From positions 1,374-65,373 of the forward strand of contig JBGCFP010000101.1 of assembly GCA_045107005.1 (NCBI GenBank): a stretch of 64,000 nt of DNA, written 5' to 3'. Below the pieces are notes generated by a model. That model worked only from the letters and a program-made list of their open reading frames with translations. It was not told the origin of the DNA and did no database searches. Below are positions 1-9,908 of this stretch, piece after piece. This stretch comes from Gammaproteobacteria bacterium (lineage in GTDB: Bacteria > Pseudomonadota > Gammaproteobacteria > Steroidobacterales > JBCCMA01). The position numbers and the translations under genes are program-made. Each line of letters opens with the position of its first letter. Position 1 is the first letter of the stretch.

Positions 1-2
1 CC

Positions 3-230
3 GGGTCTGCCTTTCTTCGCGTCAACGCAAACCCGGCTTCACCGCTCGTCATCGGCACGCCCGCGACGCCGGTAAACAGCCATGAGCTTTGCGTTGGTCA
101 CGGCTTCGGTCCGTTGGTCACCGGCAATACGCTCAATGGCTCGATCGGTGAAGTGCTGATTTTTGATCGCAGGCTGTCAATCCTGGAAATCCTTTTTGTC
201 GAAACCTATCTGACGCAGAAGTGGTTCTAG
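3..230 (+). CDS. 3' end of a gene entering from upstream; LamG/concanavalin-like C-terminal tail (partial)
   Basis: The frame is open from the window edge to TAG at 228-230. The translation ends ...GNTLNGSIGEVLIFDRRLSILEILFVETYLTQKWF, a pattern typical of the last strands of LamG-type jelly-roll domains. A terminator hairpin follows. Confidence 0.4.
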   Translation, partial: GSAFLRVNANPASPLVIGTPATPVNSHELCVGHGFGPLVTGNTLNGSIGEVLIFDRRLSILEILFVETYLTQKWF

Positions 231-250
231 CCCGCGGGACACCTGCATAG

Positions 251-278
251 CGCCGCCTGAAGTTTCAGGCGGCGTTTT
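251..278 (+). terminator. Rho-independent terminator
   Basis: Perfect 10-bp stem cgccgcctga (251-260) / tcaggcggcg (265-274), 4-nt loop, then TTTT (275-278), 20 nt after the upstream stop codon. Confidence 0.6.
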
Positions 279-297
279 GGGTCTGCGCAAACGGGAT

Positions 298-660
298 TCA
301 GGTGAGAAAAAGCGCCGCCAACGCCAGCAGCGCCGGTATAGCCTGAACGAAGAGAATCTTGCGCGACGCTGTTGCTGCGCCGTACAGACCTGCAACAAGC
401 ACGAACAGTAGAAAACATACCGCCACGTTGTGCTGCCAATGCGGATCGGCAATCAGCACCGACCAGATCAGACCCGCGGCCAGAAATCCGTTGTAGAGTC
501 CCTGATTCGCCGCCATCATTTTGGTCGGTTCAAACAACTCGCGCGGAAACTGGCTGAAAATCTTCGGGCCTTTCGTGGTCCAGCGAAACATTTCGAACCA
601 CAGGATATAAAGATGCAGGGCGGCGATGGCCAGAATCAGAATTTTGGCAGGAATGCTCAC
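298..660 (-). CDS. DUF1304 family small membrane protein
   Basis: Only the last 120 codons of the 176-aa ORF look real. There is a GTG start at 660 (VSIPAKILILAIAALHLYILWFEMF...). The motifs LEMFxW and NQGLYNGFLAAGLIW, plus four hydrophobic helices, match my memory of DUF1304. Confidence 0.75.
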   Translation of the reverse strand: MSIPAKILILAIAALHLYILWFEMFRWTTKGPKIFSQFPRELFEPTKMMAANQGLYNGFLAAGLIWSVLIADPHWQHNVAVCFLLFVLVAGLYGAATASRKILFVQAIPALLALAALFLT

Positions 661-1194
661 TTCGATACCGCGTGATGGTGATTGGCGTGCCCGCGAGCAT
701 GGCACCGTTTTGGTCACGGGTGCAAACACGACCCATGGTTCTTCGCACCATGGTGCAGGACAGGCGGTTACAGAGGCATCCAGATTCGTCGGCCTGAAAT
801 GTGGCGTTGGCTTCTCCTGGATGCACACTTCGACATTTTGCGGTGTCCTGTTCGTGGGGGCGCTTGCTCGCCGTCAGGAAGCCGTTTGGTTTTGAGATGG
901 GAACAACAGAAGATTGATTCCGGTAGCGATGCACCTGAATCCCATTGAGGAAGGCAGCGCTCTGTCGTTCCAAACGGTGACGGGCGACCCGCGGCTGAAT
1001 GATCAGGGTCAGATTTCTCTGCACGGCAATATTTACAGCGCCAGTGTCGGCGGTGCGAAGGAAATGACACTCTCGCGAGCTGATCAGAATGCCCCGCCAG
1101 CTGCTTTTGACAATTATCAAAGAGCACAAATACAAATTGCTATAGCGTGAAATAGGAGAAAACTCCAACAACGCTATCTCTTCGGTGCTTTCGA

Positions 1195-2493
1195 ATGCCA
1201 TCACATTTAGTGACCGAAACCATTTTTGATCCGCAGATTCAGGAATGCCCCTATGCCTATTATTCCAGGATGCATACATTGGATCCTGTTCATTATGATG
1301 AGCAAGCCGATACCTACCTTGTCACAACACATGAGCTAATTACGCAGGCCGCTGCCGATTTCGAAGTGTTTTCGAGCGCCTTTGACCTTAGGCGGGAAGC
1401 GGGCGGCCCGGACAGCGCTTCAAGCGACGAGTTATTCAGAACGAAAGGCTACCTTGTCGAGGATGTGTTAACACAAGTTGATCCACCCAGACACACGGCC
1501 TTTCGCAATATGGTGAAGCCGTTATTCATCGGCCCTGTAGCGAACTCAATGGAGAGTTTTATCGAGCGGCATGTAGATGAACTTCTTGATGGTTTTATAG
1601 AAAAAGAGTCGGTGGAATTTTTCAGCGAATTCGCTACCCCATTACCTTTGGACATGATTAGCGATCAATTGGGCGTGCCACGAAAAGACATAGGGAAATT
1701 CAAGGTTTGGACCGACGCGATCATAGAAACGCTGGGCATAATGCTATCGGAAGAGCGCAAACAGGAGTGCACACAAAGGATTATCGAGTTCCAACACTAC
1801 TTCGTGGCCATCATGGAGCAAAAACGTGCAAATCCCTCCGACGACATTATTTCGTTTATTGCATCCGCACGACTTGATCATGAAGATCGGGAACTTACCG
1901 TCGAGGAGCGCCTGGCTTTAATTCAACAATTACTTGTCGCTGGCAACGAAACAACTCGCAATCATCTCGCGAAGATTATGGTTTTACTTATACAAAATCC
2001 CGAACAGCAAGAGACACTTCGCAACAGACCCGATCTTATCAAGAACTTTGTCGAAGAATCGCTTCGCATTGAATCACCCGTTCAAGGCATTTTTCGGAAA
2101 ACGACGCGCGACGTTACGTTGGGCGGTACATGCATCCCCAAGGATGCAAAGGTACTTCTAATGTATGGCGCTGGTAACAGAGATAACACCATGTTTGCCG
2201 ACGCCGCCAAGCTGGATATAAATCGTGTAAACGCCAAGCGTCACCTCGCTTTTGGTTCTGGACCGCATGCGTGCATCGGATCCATGCTGGCAAGAAAGGA
2301 ACTGCAGGTATCGATCCGCCAAATATTAAAACGCATGAAAGACATACGTTTTGCATCTGCAGATCAAAAACTTAGTCACAAACCAAATTTGATACTCCGA
2401 GCATTGGATGGAGAATTGAACCTACGCTTTACGAAAACTGAAACTAATCGCCAAAGCGAGGTTTGTGCCGATGGGCATAACCAAAAACCCTAA
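1195..2493 (+). CDS. Cytochrome P450
   Basis: 432 aa. Haem-thiolate loop FGSGPHACIGSMLA, I-helix LLVAGNETT and ExxR (ESLR) motifs are present. Confidence 0.9.
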   Translation: MPSHLVTETIFDPQIQECPYAYYSRMHTLDPVHYDEQADTYLVTTHELITQAAADFEVFSSAFDLRREAGGPDSASSDELFRTKGYLVEDVLTQVDPPRHTAFRNMVKPLFIGPVANSMESFIERHVDELLDGFIEKESVEFFSEFATPLPLDMISDQLGVPRKDIGKFKVWTDAIIETLGIMLSEERKQECTQRIIEFQHYFVAIMEQKRANPSDDIISFIASARLDHEDRELTVEERLALIQQLLVAGNETTRNHLAKIMVLLIQNPEQQETLRNRPDLIKNFVEESLRIESPVQGIFRKTTRDVTLGGTCIPKDAKVLLMYGAGNRDNTMFADAAKLDINRVNAKRHLAFGSGPHACIGSMLARKELQVSIRQILKRMKDIRFASADQKLSHKPNLILRALDGELNLRFTKTETNRQSEVCADGHNQKP

Positions 2494-3295
2494 TTGTACG
2501 GACGCGCGAATTACGCGGAATTATCTTGAATGCGACTTTGGCCAGCTTCATTACTATGAAATGGGAAAGGGGCCATGTTTAATATTGATTCATCAATCAC
2601 CGCTCAATGGCAGAGCATTTGAACGCGGCATACCGTTGCTGGCACAAGCGGGACTTCGTGTTGTGGCTGTGGATACGCCCGGTTATGGAAATTCCGACGG
2701 ACCAACCAAAGTACCTACGATTGAAGCGTATGCAAATATTTACCCGCAAGTTCTATCCGGTTTAGGGGAATCGAGCGCTCATTTTTTAGGCCACCATACC
2801 GGTGCCCGCATCATTTGCTCCATTGCATCTCAATATCCCGAATTGATTCGCTCCCCGATATTCAATGGCCCGGTTCTTCTCGACGACGAGGAAGCTAAAA
2901 AATACGACGCGCTTCATTTTGGTACTGAAGCACTGCACAAAGACGGCTCGCATCTCATTCAAACCTGGAAAAAGCGCGAGCATTTCACGCCCGGATGGAC
3001 TGACACTGTTGCCATGCATCGCCGAGTCGTGGATATGCTCTGGGCAGGTGACCATGAATGGTTCGGGCACTATGCAGCCATTAAGTACCCGATGCTTGAT
3101 GATTTCATGAAGCTGACATCACGCGCGATGATCTTTATAAATACGGGTGATATGGCGTATCCGATGGCACTCAAAGCTAAAGCGCTCAGACCTGACATGG
3201 ACTATGCCGAGCTGGAAGGCGGCACCCATGATATCGTCGACGAGAAACCCGAAGACTGGTCCAAAGTGATCCTGGATTTTATTTTTGGTCACTGA
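2465..3295 (+). CDS. Alpha/beta-fold hydrolase with an atypical nucleophile elbow
   Basis: 276 aa. It starts with LILIHQSP (an oxyanion HG-like region) and has the overall alpha/beta hydrolase layout. The elbow reads G-H-H-T-G (2789-2803) instead of GxSxG. It overlaps the P450 stop by 29 nt, so the start may be slightly later. Confidence 0.75.
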   Translation: MPMGITKNPNCTDARITRNYLECDFGQLHYYEMGKGPCLILIHQSPLNGRAFERGIPLLAQAGLRVVAVDTPGYGNSDGPTKVPTIEAYANIYPQVLSGLGESSAHFLGHHTGARIICSIASQYPELIRSPIFNGPVLLDDEEAKKYDALHFGTEALHKDGSHLIQTWKKREHFTPGWTDTVAMHRRVVDMLWAGDHEWFGHYAAIKYPMLDDFMKLTSRAMIFINTGDMAYPMALKAKALRPDMDYAELEGGTHDIVDEKPEDWSKVILDFIFGH

Positions 3296-3902
3296 TTCCT
3301 GTTTTTTGTGTCTCACGCGTTACGACAAATATTGTCGGCCAATAACTGCAACGCCAAACAGCATGTTTCGTTCGTTGGCGTGTGATCATTGATTGGATGC
3401 TGTGGCGAACGTGACGACCGAACAAACGTCAATTGCCGCATGTGTCACGAGCACTAGCCTAGTCACTCGACCCCATTAAATGCTTCCAGAACAAATGCCG
3501 CTCCTGTCACTCAAAGCCGCAATCGTCCTGCGTTACGACCGTCGAATCAAAGCTCCGAGCCGTGCACTGTTTTTGCGTGTCGACAAGTTCTCGCAGAGTT
3601 TCGCGCCCACGCAACGAACATTCGACGACACCCTGCTTTGACGCTTTTTATTGTCCAGACAACCGTTTGCTCTACTTCGCATGTGGGGCGCTTGAGCTTC
3701 CTGACTCTCAAGCCCAAGTGTGGTCAGCCTAAAACAGTACTTTAGAAAATGTAACGAGCAACGCTAATGAGAAAGGGTAGCCAGTGAAAATACGACAAGT
3801 TCTCGCATTTGCAGTCAATCACAATCGATCAGAAAACCTCGGAGCCAGCGCACATCAGTCTTGGCCGGATGTGCGGCTCAATCGCCTGAAGGCGGCTACA
3901 CA

Positions 3903-4268
3903 ATGATTATTTACGGCGTGGCCTTGCTGGCGTTCTGCATGCTCGCAGGCGTAGCAGTCGGCGACGTGCTGGGCTCGCTCATTGGCGTAAAGGCGAATGT
4001 GGGTGGCGTTGGCATTGCCATGCTGCTATTGCTGATACTAACCAACATCTCGATCAAGACATTCAAACTCAATCCAGTGTCAGAGAACGGAATCGCATTC
4101 TGGAGCGCTATGTATATCCCCATCATTGTCGCGATGGCGGCAAAACAAAACGTAGTGGCAGCGGTATCCAACGGTTGGCTCGCTATCGTTGCGGGCGTAC
4201 TCGCAGTCGTTGCGAGTTTCATTATGGTTCCGGTTTTATCCCGCATAGGTAAAGGAGATGAGGGATGA
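3903..4268 (+). CDS. madL: Malonate transporter subunit MadL
   Basis: Internal ATG at 3903 gives MIIYGVALLAFCMLAGVAVGDVLG..., ~121 aa with four TM helices, matching the MadL family. It overlaps madM by 4 nt. Confidence 0.8.
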   Translation: MIIYGVALLAFCMLAGVAVGDVLGSLIGVKANVGGVGIAMLLLLILTNISIKTFKLNPVSENGIAFWSAMYIPIIVAMAAKQNVVAAVSNGWLAIVAGVLAVVASFIMVPVLSRIGKGDEG

Positions 4269-5029
4269 TTATCGAGACGATTTCACAGGTAATGGTCAAG
4301 AACGGGCTGATCACAGCCTTTGTTTTTGTGGGGGTAGTGGTTTGGATTTCGTATTTGATCTCCAACAAGCTCACAAGGGGGCATATTCATGGATCCGCAA
4401 TTGCCATCACACTGGGACTGGTCTTAGCCTACCTTGGTGGATTACAAACCGGCGGCAGTAAGGGGCTCGCCGACTTCCAGTTACTCAGCGGTGTCGGCTT
4501 GCTCGGCGGCGCCATGTTCCGCGATTTTGCGATCGTTGCCACGGCCTTCGGAGCTGATCTCAGCGCAATAAAAAAAGCCGGTTATATTGGGGCTTTGTCG
4601 CTGTTCATTGGCGTTTCACTCTCTTTTTTTACAGGTGCCCTGGTTGCGGTCGCCTTCGGATATTCCGATGCCGTATCCATCGCCACGATTGGCGCCGGTG
4701 CTGCCACCTATATCGTTGGCCCCGTTACCGGCACTGCGCTTGGAGCCAGCTCGGATGTAATTGCATTGAGCGTTGCCGCCGGACTGGTCAAGTCTGTCCT
4801 GGTGATGGTAGGCACCCCATTTGTCGCAAAAAAAATTGGATTAGACAATCCCCGGTCAGCCCTCATCTATGGTGGGCTGATGGGCACGACAAGTGGTGTT
4901 GCAGGCGGTTTAGCTGCTACCGACCCCAAGCTGGTCCCCTATGGCGCCATGACAGCCACTTTTTATACCGGGCTCGGCTGCTTATTGGCGCCCTCCGTTT
5001 TATATCTGGCCGTGACAGTTTTTGTTTAA
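4265..5029 (+). CDS. madM: Malonate transporter subunit MadM
   Basis: 254-aa polytopic membrane protein of MadM size and pattern, immediately after madL and before matB. Confidence 0.85.
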   Translation: MIIETISQVMVKNGLITAFVFVGVVVWISYLISNKLTRGHIHGSAIAITLGLVLAYLGGLQTGGSKGLADFQLLSGVGLLGGAMFRDFAIVATAFGADLSAIKKAGYIGALSLFIGVSLSFFTGALVAVAFGYSDAVSIATIGAGAATYIVGPVTGTALGASSDVIALSVAAGLVKSVLVMVGTPFVAKKIGLDNPRSALIYGGLMGTTSGVAGGLAATDPKLVPYGAMTATFYTGLGCLLAPSVLYLAVTVFV

Positions 5030-5060
5030 CCGTTTGGCCGACAATAATTTAGGGATCTCC

Positions 5061-6578
5061 ATGATGACTGATCACGACTTTAATTTGTACGCTCATTTCC
5101 ACAAGCAATTTCAAAAGCACGCCGACAAAGTATTGCTGACTACTGAGCTCGGTCAAGAGTACCGATACATAGATATACGATTGGAATCCGCTCGCCTCGC
5201 ATGCTTTTTAACAGAAATGGGAATTCAAGTCGGCGATCGTATTTCGGTGCAAGTGCAAAAGTCCCCCCAAGCGCTTTGTTTATATCTGGCGTGCTTACAA
5301 GCCGGCTTTGTGTTCCATCCACTAAATACTGGCTACCAGGAAAGTGAACTCGAATATTTTCTGAACAATGCAGAACCAACACTCGTGGTTTGCGACGAAA
5401 GCGCACTGAGCACGATGCAGCGTTTGGCCAGCACCGCTGGGGTTCCGCATGTGCTGACACTTAACAGCGACGGCACAGGGTCGCTGATCGCACGATCGCG
5501 CAGTGCATCAACAGATTTCACGGCAGTAGTACGTGCAGCAGACGACTTGGCCGCCCTGCTTTATTCCTCTGGCACCACGGGTGTTCCCAAAGGCATCATG
5601 CTCAGTCATGCAAACCTTTTATGCAATGCCGAATCGCTAGTGCAAGCCTGGGGCTTTACGGACGAGGATTGCTTATTTCATGCCCTGCCAATTTTTCATG
5701 TACACGGCCTTTTTGTCGCATTGGGTTGCGTGTTGTTAAGCGGAGCGAGTATGCAGTGGCAACCGGGGTTTAACGCCAAAAACGCCGTGGCGCTATTGCC
5801 CAGGTGCAGCGTCATGATGGGTGTGCCGACTTATTATACTCGCTTGCTAAACGAGGAAAATTTCAACCGCGACACCGTAAAAACCATGCGCCTGTTTATC
5901 TCCGGTTCTGCACCATTGCTGGTCGAGACTTTTAATGAGTTCGAACAGCGTACTGGCCATAGTATTCTGGAACGCTACGGTATGACAGAAACCAATATGA
6001 ATACCTCCAACCCCTTGCAAGGGGAACGCAAGCCCGGCACGGTGGGGCTGCCTCTTCCGGGAGTCACGGTGCGTATTACCGATGAGGAAAACAATGTAAT
6101 TGCGAACGGTGAGGTCGGCAACCTTCAAGTGACAGGCCCGAATGTGTTTAAGGGTTACTGGAAAATGCCGGAGAAGACAGCAGAGGACTTCACTTCGGAG
6201 GGCTTTTTCAATACCGGCGACAAAGGCCGCATCGACGAAGATGGCTATGTAGCGATTGTTGGTCGCGCCAAGGACATGGTGATCACTGGTGGCTTGAACG
6301 TTTACCCCAAAGAAATTGAATTATTGGTCGACGACCTGCCGGGAGTAAAAGAGTCCGCCGTTATTGGTGTACCACATTCCGATTTCGGTGAAGCTGTTGT
6401 GGCCATCGTGGTGAGTAAAGTCGGAGAACAGCCAACAGAAAACGACATTATCTCTGCGGTAAAAAATAGTCTAGCCAATTTCAAAGTACCAAAGCGTGTT
6501 GTATTTGTTAGTGAACTGCCGCGCAATACGATGGGGAAGGTACAGAAAAATGTTCTGCGAGAGCGATATCAAGACTGA
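5061..6578 (+). CDS. matB: Malonyl-CoA synthetase (malonate--CoA ligase), AMP-binding family
   Basis: ATG at 5061 is preceded by AGGGA. The sequence carries LYSSGTTGVPKG, HALPIFHVHGLFVA, ERYGMTETNMNTSNP, GPNVFKGYWKMPEKTA and LPRNTMGKVQKNVLR. These are near-identical to blocks I recall from rhizobial MatB. Confidence 0.9.
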   Translation: MMTDHDFNLYAHFHKQFQKHADKVLLTTELGQEYRYIDIRLESARLACFLTEMGIQVGDRISVQVQKSPQALCLYLACLQAGFVFHPLNTGYQESELEYFLNNAEPTLVVCDESALSTMQRLASTAGVPHVLTLNSDGTGSLIARSRSASTDFTAVVRAADDLAALLYSSGTTGVPKGIMLSHANLLCNAESLVQAWGFTDEDCLFHALPIFHVHGLFVALGCVLLSGASMQWQPGFNAKNAVALLPRCSVMMGVPTYYTRLLNEENFNRDTVKTMRLFISGSAPLLVETFNEFEQRTGHSILERYGMTETNMNTSNPLQGERKPGTVGLPLPGVTVRITDEENNVIANGEVGNLQVTGPNVFKGYWKMPEKTAEDFTSEGFFNTGDKGRIDEDGYVAIVGRAKDMVITGGLNVYPKEIELLVDDLPGVKESAVIGVPHSDFGEAVVAIVVSKVGEQPTENDIISAVKNSLANFKVPKRVVFVSELPRNTMGKVQKNVLRERYQD

Positions 6579-6875
6579 TCCTGCCCGCCAACAACGTACA
6601 CGCCACCAAGCGACCTTCAATACCTCAAGCGCGTCCCGGCTGACGCAGCCGTCAGCGCTGGCACTCATGGACAACTCGAAGTGACTTTCCTCAGAAGTGT
6701 TGACTTGCCAATGCGCACCTGACGCCGTAAATAGCAACCTGGTAACGTTGGCAAAATTTGCGGTTTGCCTTGAACTTGCCCTGTTCCCGACGCTTGGAGT
6801 ATTTTTCACCGACACGTCTTATTCATCGCGTTTACTGACGACAGCGAATGGCCACAACAAAGCTTAGGGACAGGC

Positions 6876-7478
6876 ATGAACAAAATCATAGTCAGATCGC
6901 AGGCCAATGCGTTGGTCAACGAGTCGATTTTTCTTCTTCGTCACCGCAGCTCGACGCCCAACCTCACCGAGGCACTGCGGCAGATTAGCAATCGTTTTTT
7001 CCAGTTGCACAACCAGATCAGGATGGCCCGCTCGCACACGGTCAAGTTGTACAACACGGGAAAATGGAGAGGGGACCGGCAGCAACGCTATCGGCACAAG
7101 CAGCGTTTCGACTCGCAGGATGCAAACCTGGCCGGCATCGACGACATACTTGCTCAAGCGTACGGACGGTTCATTGAGGCGGTACGAAGAGAGTTTGCAC
7201 GGGATCCTTACGACCCATCGGATGATCGCAAGAGCATGACCGAGAAGCTCAACGAGCTGGCCGACGTGATTAACGAATACGCCGATAAACTCGATCCATC
7301 AGGGTTGCAGCAAGCGCCAGTGCCGGACCTGCACGCTACCGCACTCACGGGACCAAGCTTGTCGGCGTATCAGGATCACGTACCAGCACCTGGGCCGGCG
7401 GGCGGCACGCTCCAGGGGCTGTTAGTTGTTTGCGCCATCGTCGTACGCCTGTGTTCACTCATCCCCAGAAACAACTAG
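6876..7478 (+). CDS. Hypothetical protein
   Basis: 200-aa ORF, predicted helical and charged, with no recognisable motif. A competing antisense ORF exists at 6864..7157. Confidence 0.35.
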   Translation: MNKIIVRSQANALVNESIFLLRHRSSTPNLTEALRQISNRFFQLHNQIRMARSHTVKLYNTGKWRGDRQQRYRHKQRFDSQDANLAGIDDILAQAYGRFIEAVRREFARDPYDPSDDRKSMTEKLNELADVINEYADKLDPSGLQQAPVPDLHATALTGPSLSAYQDHVPAPGPAGGTLQGLLVVCAIVVRLCSLIPRNN

Positions 7479-7605
7479 GCAAGCTTCGATCCACTCATTC
7501 GTTCGAGGTGCGATCCTGGGCCAGCTATGGTCCGACCCCAAGCCTTCGTCAATGCGCTGGCAGGACGGATAGCTCCCACCGTGCCGATCAGCCATACTAG
7601 CTTTC

Positions 7606-9855
7606 ATGCAATCCTTCATTGCCGAACTCCAGCGCCGCAATGTCCTCAAGATCGCTGCCGCCTACGCACTGGTCAGCTGGATCCTGATCGAAGCCGGTTC
7701 CGTCCTGCTGCCCACTTTCGGCGCGCCGGAGTGGTTTTTCCGTATCTACGTGCTGATGGTGGCGACGGGCTTCGTTGTGGCACTGATCGTCGCGTGGGTT
7801 TTCGAGATAACGCCTGAAGGGGTCAAGCTGGAGAAGGACGTCGATCGGTCGACATCGATCACCGGGCAGACGGGGCGCAAACTCAACTACAGCATCATCG
7901 GTCTGCTGGCCGTCGCACTGGCGATCTCGATCACATTCAACGTCACCGGCATGCGCCAAGATGATGCCCCAGGCCGTGACGTTGCCCGCGAGGGATCAAT
8001 TGCCGTGTTGCCTTTCACGAGCCGCAGCACCGATCCTGAGAACGCGCTATTTGCTGACGGCATCCATGATGACCTGCTGACGAGCCTGGCCAACGTGCGT
8101 GCACTGAAAGTGATTTCCCGCACCTCGGTTCTGGAATACCGCGACACGACCAAAAACCTGCGCGAGATTGGCACTGAGCTCGGCGTTGCCAACGTCGTGG
8201 AAGGCTCTGTGCAGCGCGCAGGGAACAACGTGCGCATCAATGTGCAGCTTATCGACGCCGGCACTGACGAGCATATCTGGGCGAAGATCTACGATCGTGA
8301 GCTCACCGCGCAGAACATTTTCCGGATCCAGAGCGAGATTTCCGGTGCGATCACCGCCGCACTCAAGAAGCAGTTGACGCCGGCAGAGCAAGACAGAATG
8401 GTGACTGTGCCCACCGAGAATCTGGAGGCTTACCGGTTTTACGTCGCTGGTCGCAACAATGTGTACCAGAGGCGTCTCGAGACGTTGGAACTCGCGCGGC
8501 AGCAGTTCAACAAAGCGATCGAACTGGACCCGGAGTATGTGCAAGCCTACTCTGGTCTGGCCGATAGCCTGTTGTTGCTGCTTATCAACCACAGTGCGAT
8601 AGCGCGCGACAAAGCCTTCGCCGAGGCGCAGGCAGCGCTGGACCAGGCGCTCGAACTGGACAACACCAATGCGAATGCCTGGGCGTCGCTGGGCTTGCTC
8701 GAAATGCACCGTGCGCAGCGAACCACCGACAATCCGGACTACGCGCCGGCTGAGGCCGCGTTTGCGCGTGCCATCGAACTCAGCGGCAATAACGCTGAAG
8801 TCTATTCCTGGTACGCGAGTCTGAAGAGTGCAAAACTCGAGCACGACGCCGCCGTCGATCTTTATCTCAAGTCGCTGGAACTGGACCCGCTGGCACGCAT
8901 TCCCCGTTCGAATCTTGCGCGTGTCTACGCCCGGCTCGGCCGCAACGACGAGGCGCTTGAACAGTTGTTGGAAGCGACGCGTATTTATCCCGAATGGCCG
9001 GTTGCCTACGACAACATCGCCGGGCATCTGGTCGGGCTGGGCCGATTCGACGAAGCCTACGCCTGGGCAGAGGCGGCGCATAAGCTGAGCACCGATTCGT
9101 TGACCGGCCAGTCGCGCATCAGTGTCCTGCTCCAGCTCGGCGAGTACGAGCGCGCGGCAGCTCTGCTCGATGCCATACCCCAAGGGCATCCCTTGAGGCC
9201 GATTGCATTGGCCTTCCAGGCGTTTTTTGTCGGTAATTACGCTGAGGCAATAGAACGTTGGGAAGCCATCGTGAACGCCGACAACAGCACTGTGCAGGGC
9301 ATCCTGATCGACGCGCTCTCAGACGCGACAGTCCTCATCGGGGATTACTCGGCATCGTTAGAGTATTGTCTGCGGCTGACACCGACTTTGACCGATCCGC
9401 AGTTCAAAGTCGATGAGCTCAACGCGCATAACGCGCTCAAGTATGCGTTCCTGTTACAGCTTGACGAACCCGAAAGCGCACGCGCCACAACGCTCCTCGA
9501 CGATTTACGTATGCACTACGAGTCTATGCCCAGATTGGGGACAGCCGGTCACGGCATTCGCGATGTGCAAGTGCTCGCGTTGCAGGGCAAGCAATCACTG
9601 GCGCTGGCGCGGCTGCAGCAAGCCTTCGACGAGGGATTTCGCGGTGTGCGCAATTTCGACAACTGGACGCTGGCACAGGATCCTTACCTCGTTTCGATTC
9701 GAGATACGCCGGCGTTTCGTGACGTGACAGCCCAAATTGCCACGGCTAACGCGCAGATGAAAGCACGGCTCAATGACGCGATCGCGGCGGACGACCTGGA
9801 ATCACTGCTGGACGCCAGCCGTTTGGCTCACAGTCGCAGCAGCGATCAACAATGA
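7606..9855 (+). CDS. Membrane-anchored TPR-repeat protein with a TolB-N-like domain
   Basis: 749 aa. The N-terminus MQSFIAELQRRNVLKIAAAYALVSWILIE has two TM segments. It is followed by IAVLPFTSRSTDPENALFADGIHDDLLTSL (TolB-N-like) and multiple TPR-like A/L/Y-rich repeats. Confidence 0.85.
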   Translation: MQSFIAELQRRNVLKIAAAYALVSWILIEAGSVLLPTFGAPEWFFRIYVLMVATGFVVALIVAWVFEITPEGVKLEKDVDRSTSITGQTGRKLNYSIIGLLAVALAISITFNVTGMRQDDAPGRDVAREGSIAVLPFTSRSTDPENALFADGIHDDLLTSLANVRALKVISRTSVLEYRDTTKNLREIGTELGVANVVEGSVQRAGNNVRINVQLIDAGTDEHIWAKIYDRELTAQNIFRIQSEISGAITAALKKQLTPAEQDRMVTVPTENLEAYRFYVAGRNNVYQRRLETLELARQQFNKAIELDPEYVQAYSGLADSLLLLLINHSAIARDKAFAEAQAALDQALELDNTNANAWASLGLLEMHRAQRTTDNPDYAPAEAAFARAIELSGNNAEVYSWYASLKSAKLEHDAAVDLYLKSLELDPLARIPRSNLARVYARLGRNDEALEQLLEATRIYPEWPVAYDNIAGHLVGLGRFDEAYAWAEAAHKLSTDSLTGQSRISVLLQLGEYERAAALLDAIPQGHPLRPIALAFQAFFVGNYAEAIERWEAIVNADNSTVQGILIDALSDATVLIGDYSASLEYCLRLTPTLTDPQFKVDELNAHNALKYAFLLQLDEPESARATTLLDDLRMHYESMPRLGTAGHGIRDVQVLALQGKQSLALARLQQAFDEGFRGVRNFDNWTLAQDPYLVSIRDTPAFRDVTAQIATANAQMKARLNDAIAADDLESLLDASRLAHSRSSDQQ

Positions 9856-9908
9856 TGAACATTCCACCACGCGATTGAATTTGAATGGCCGCGTCAGTGC
9901 CGCTCCTG

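Noticed and set aside
177-452. Minus-strand ORFs 177..452 and 227..439 at the window start.
   Set aside because: They span a terminator hairpin and overlap both the plus-strand gene tail and the DUF1304 gene. Their composition is Arg/Cys-rich noise.
8047-9189. 380-aa minus-strand ORF.
   Set aside because: It is antisense to the well-supported TPR gene 7606..9855. It has no motifs and an Arg/Leu/Gln-rich antisense composition.
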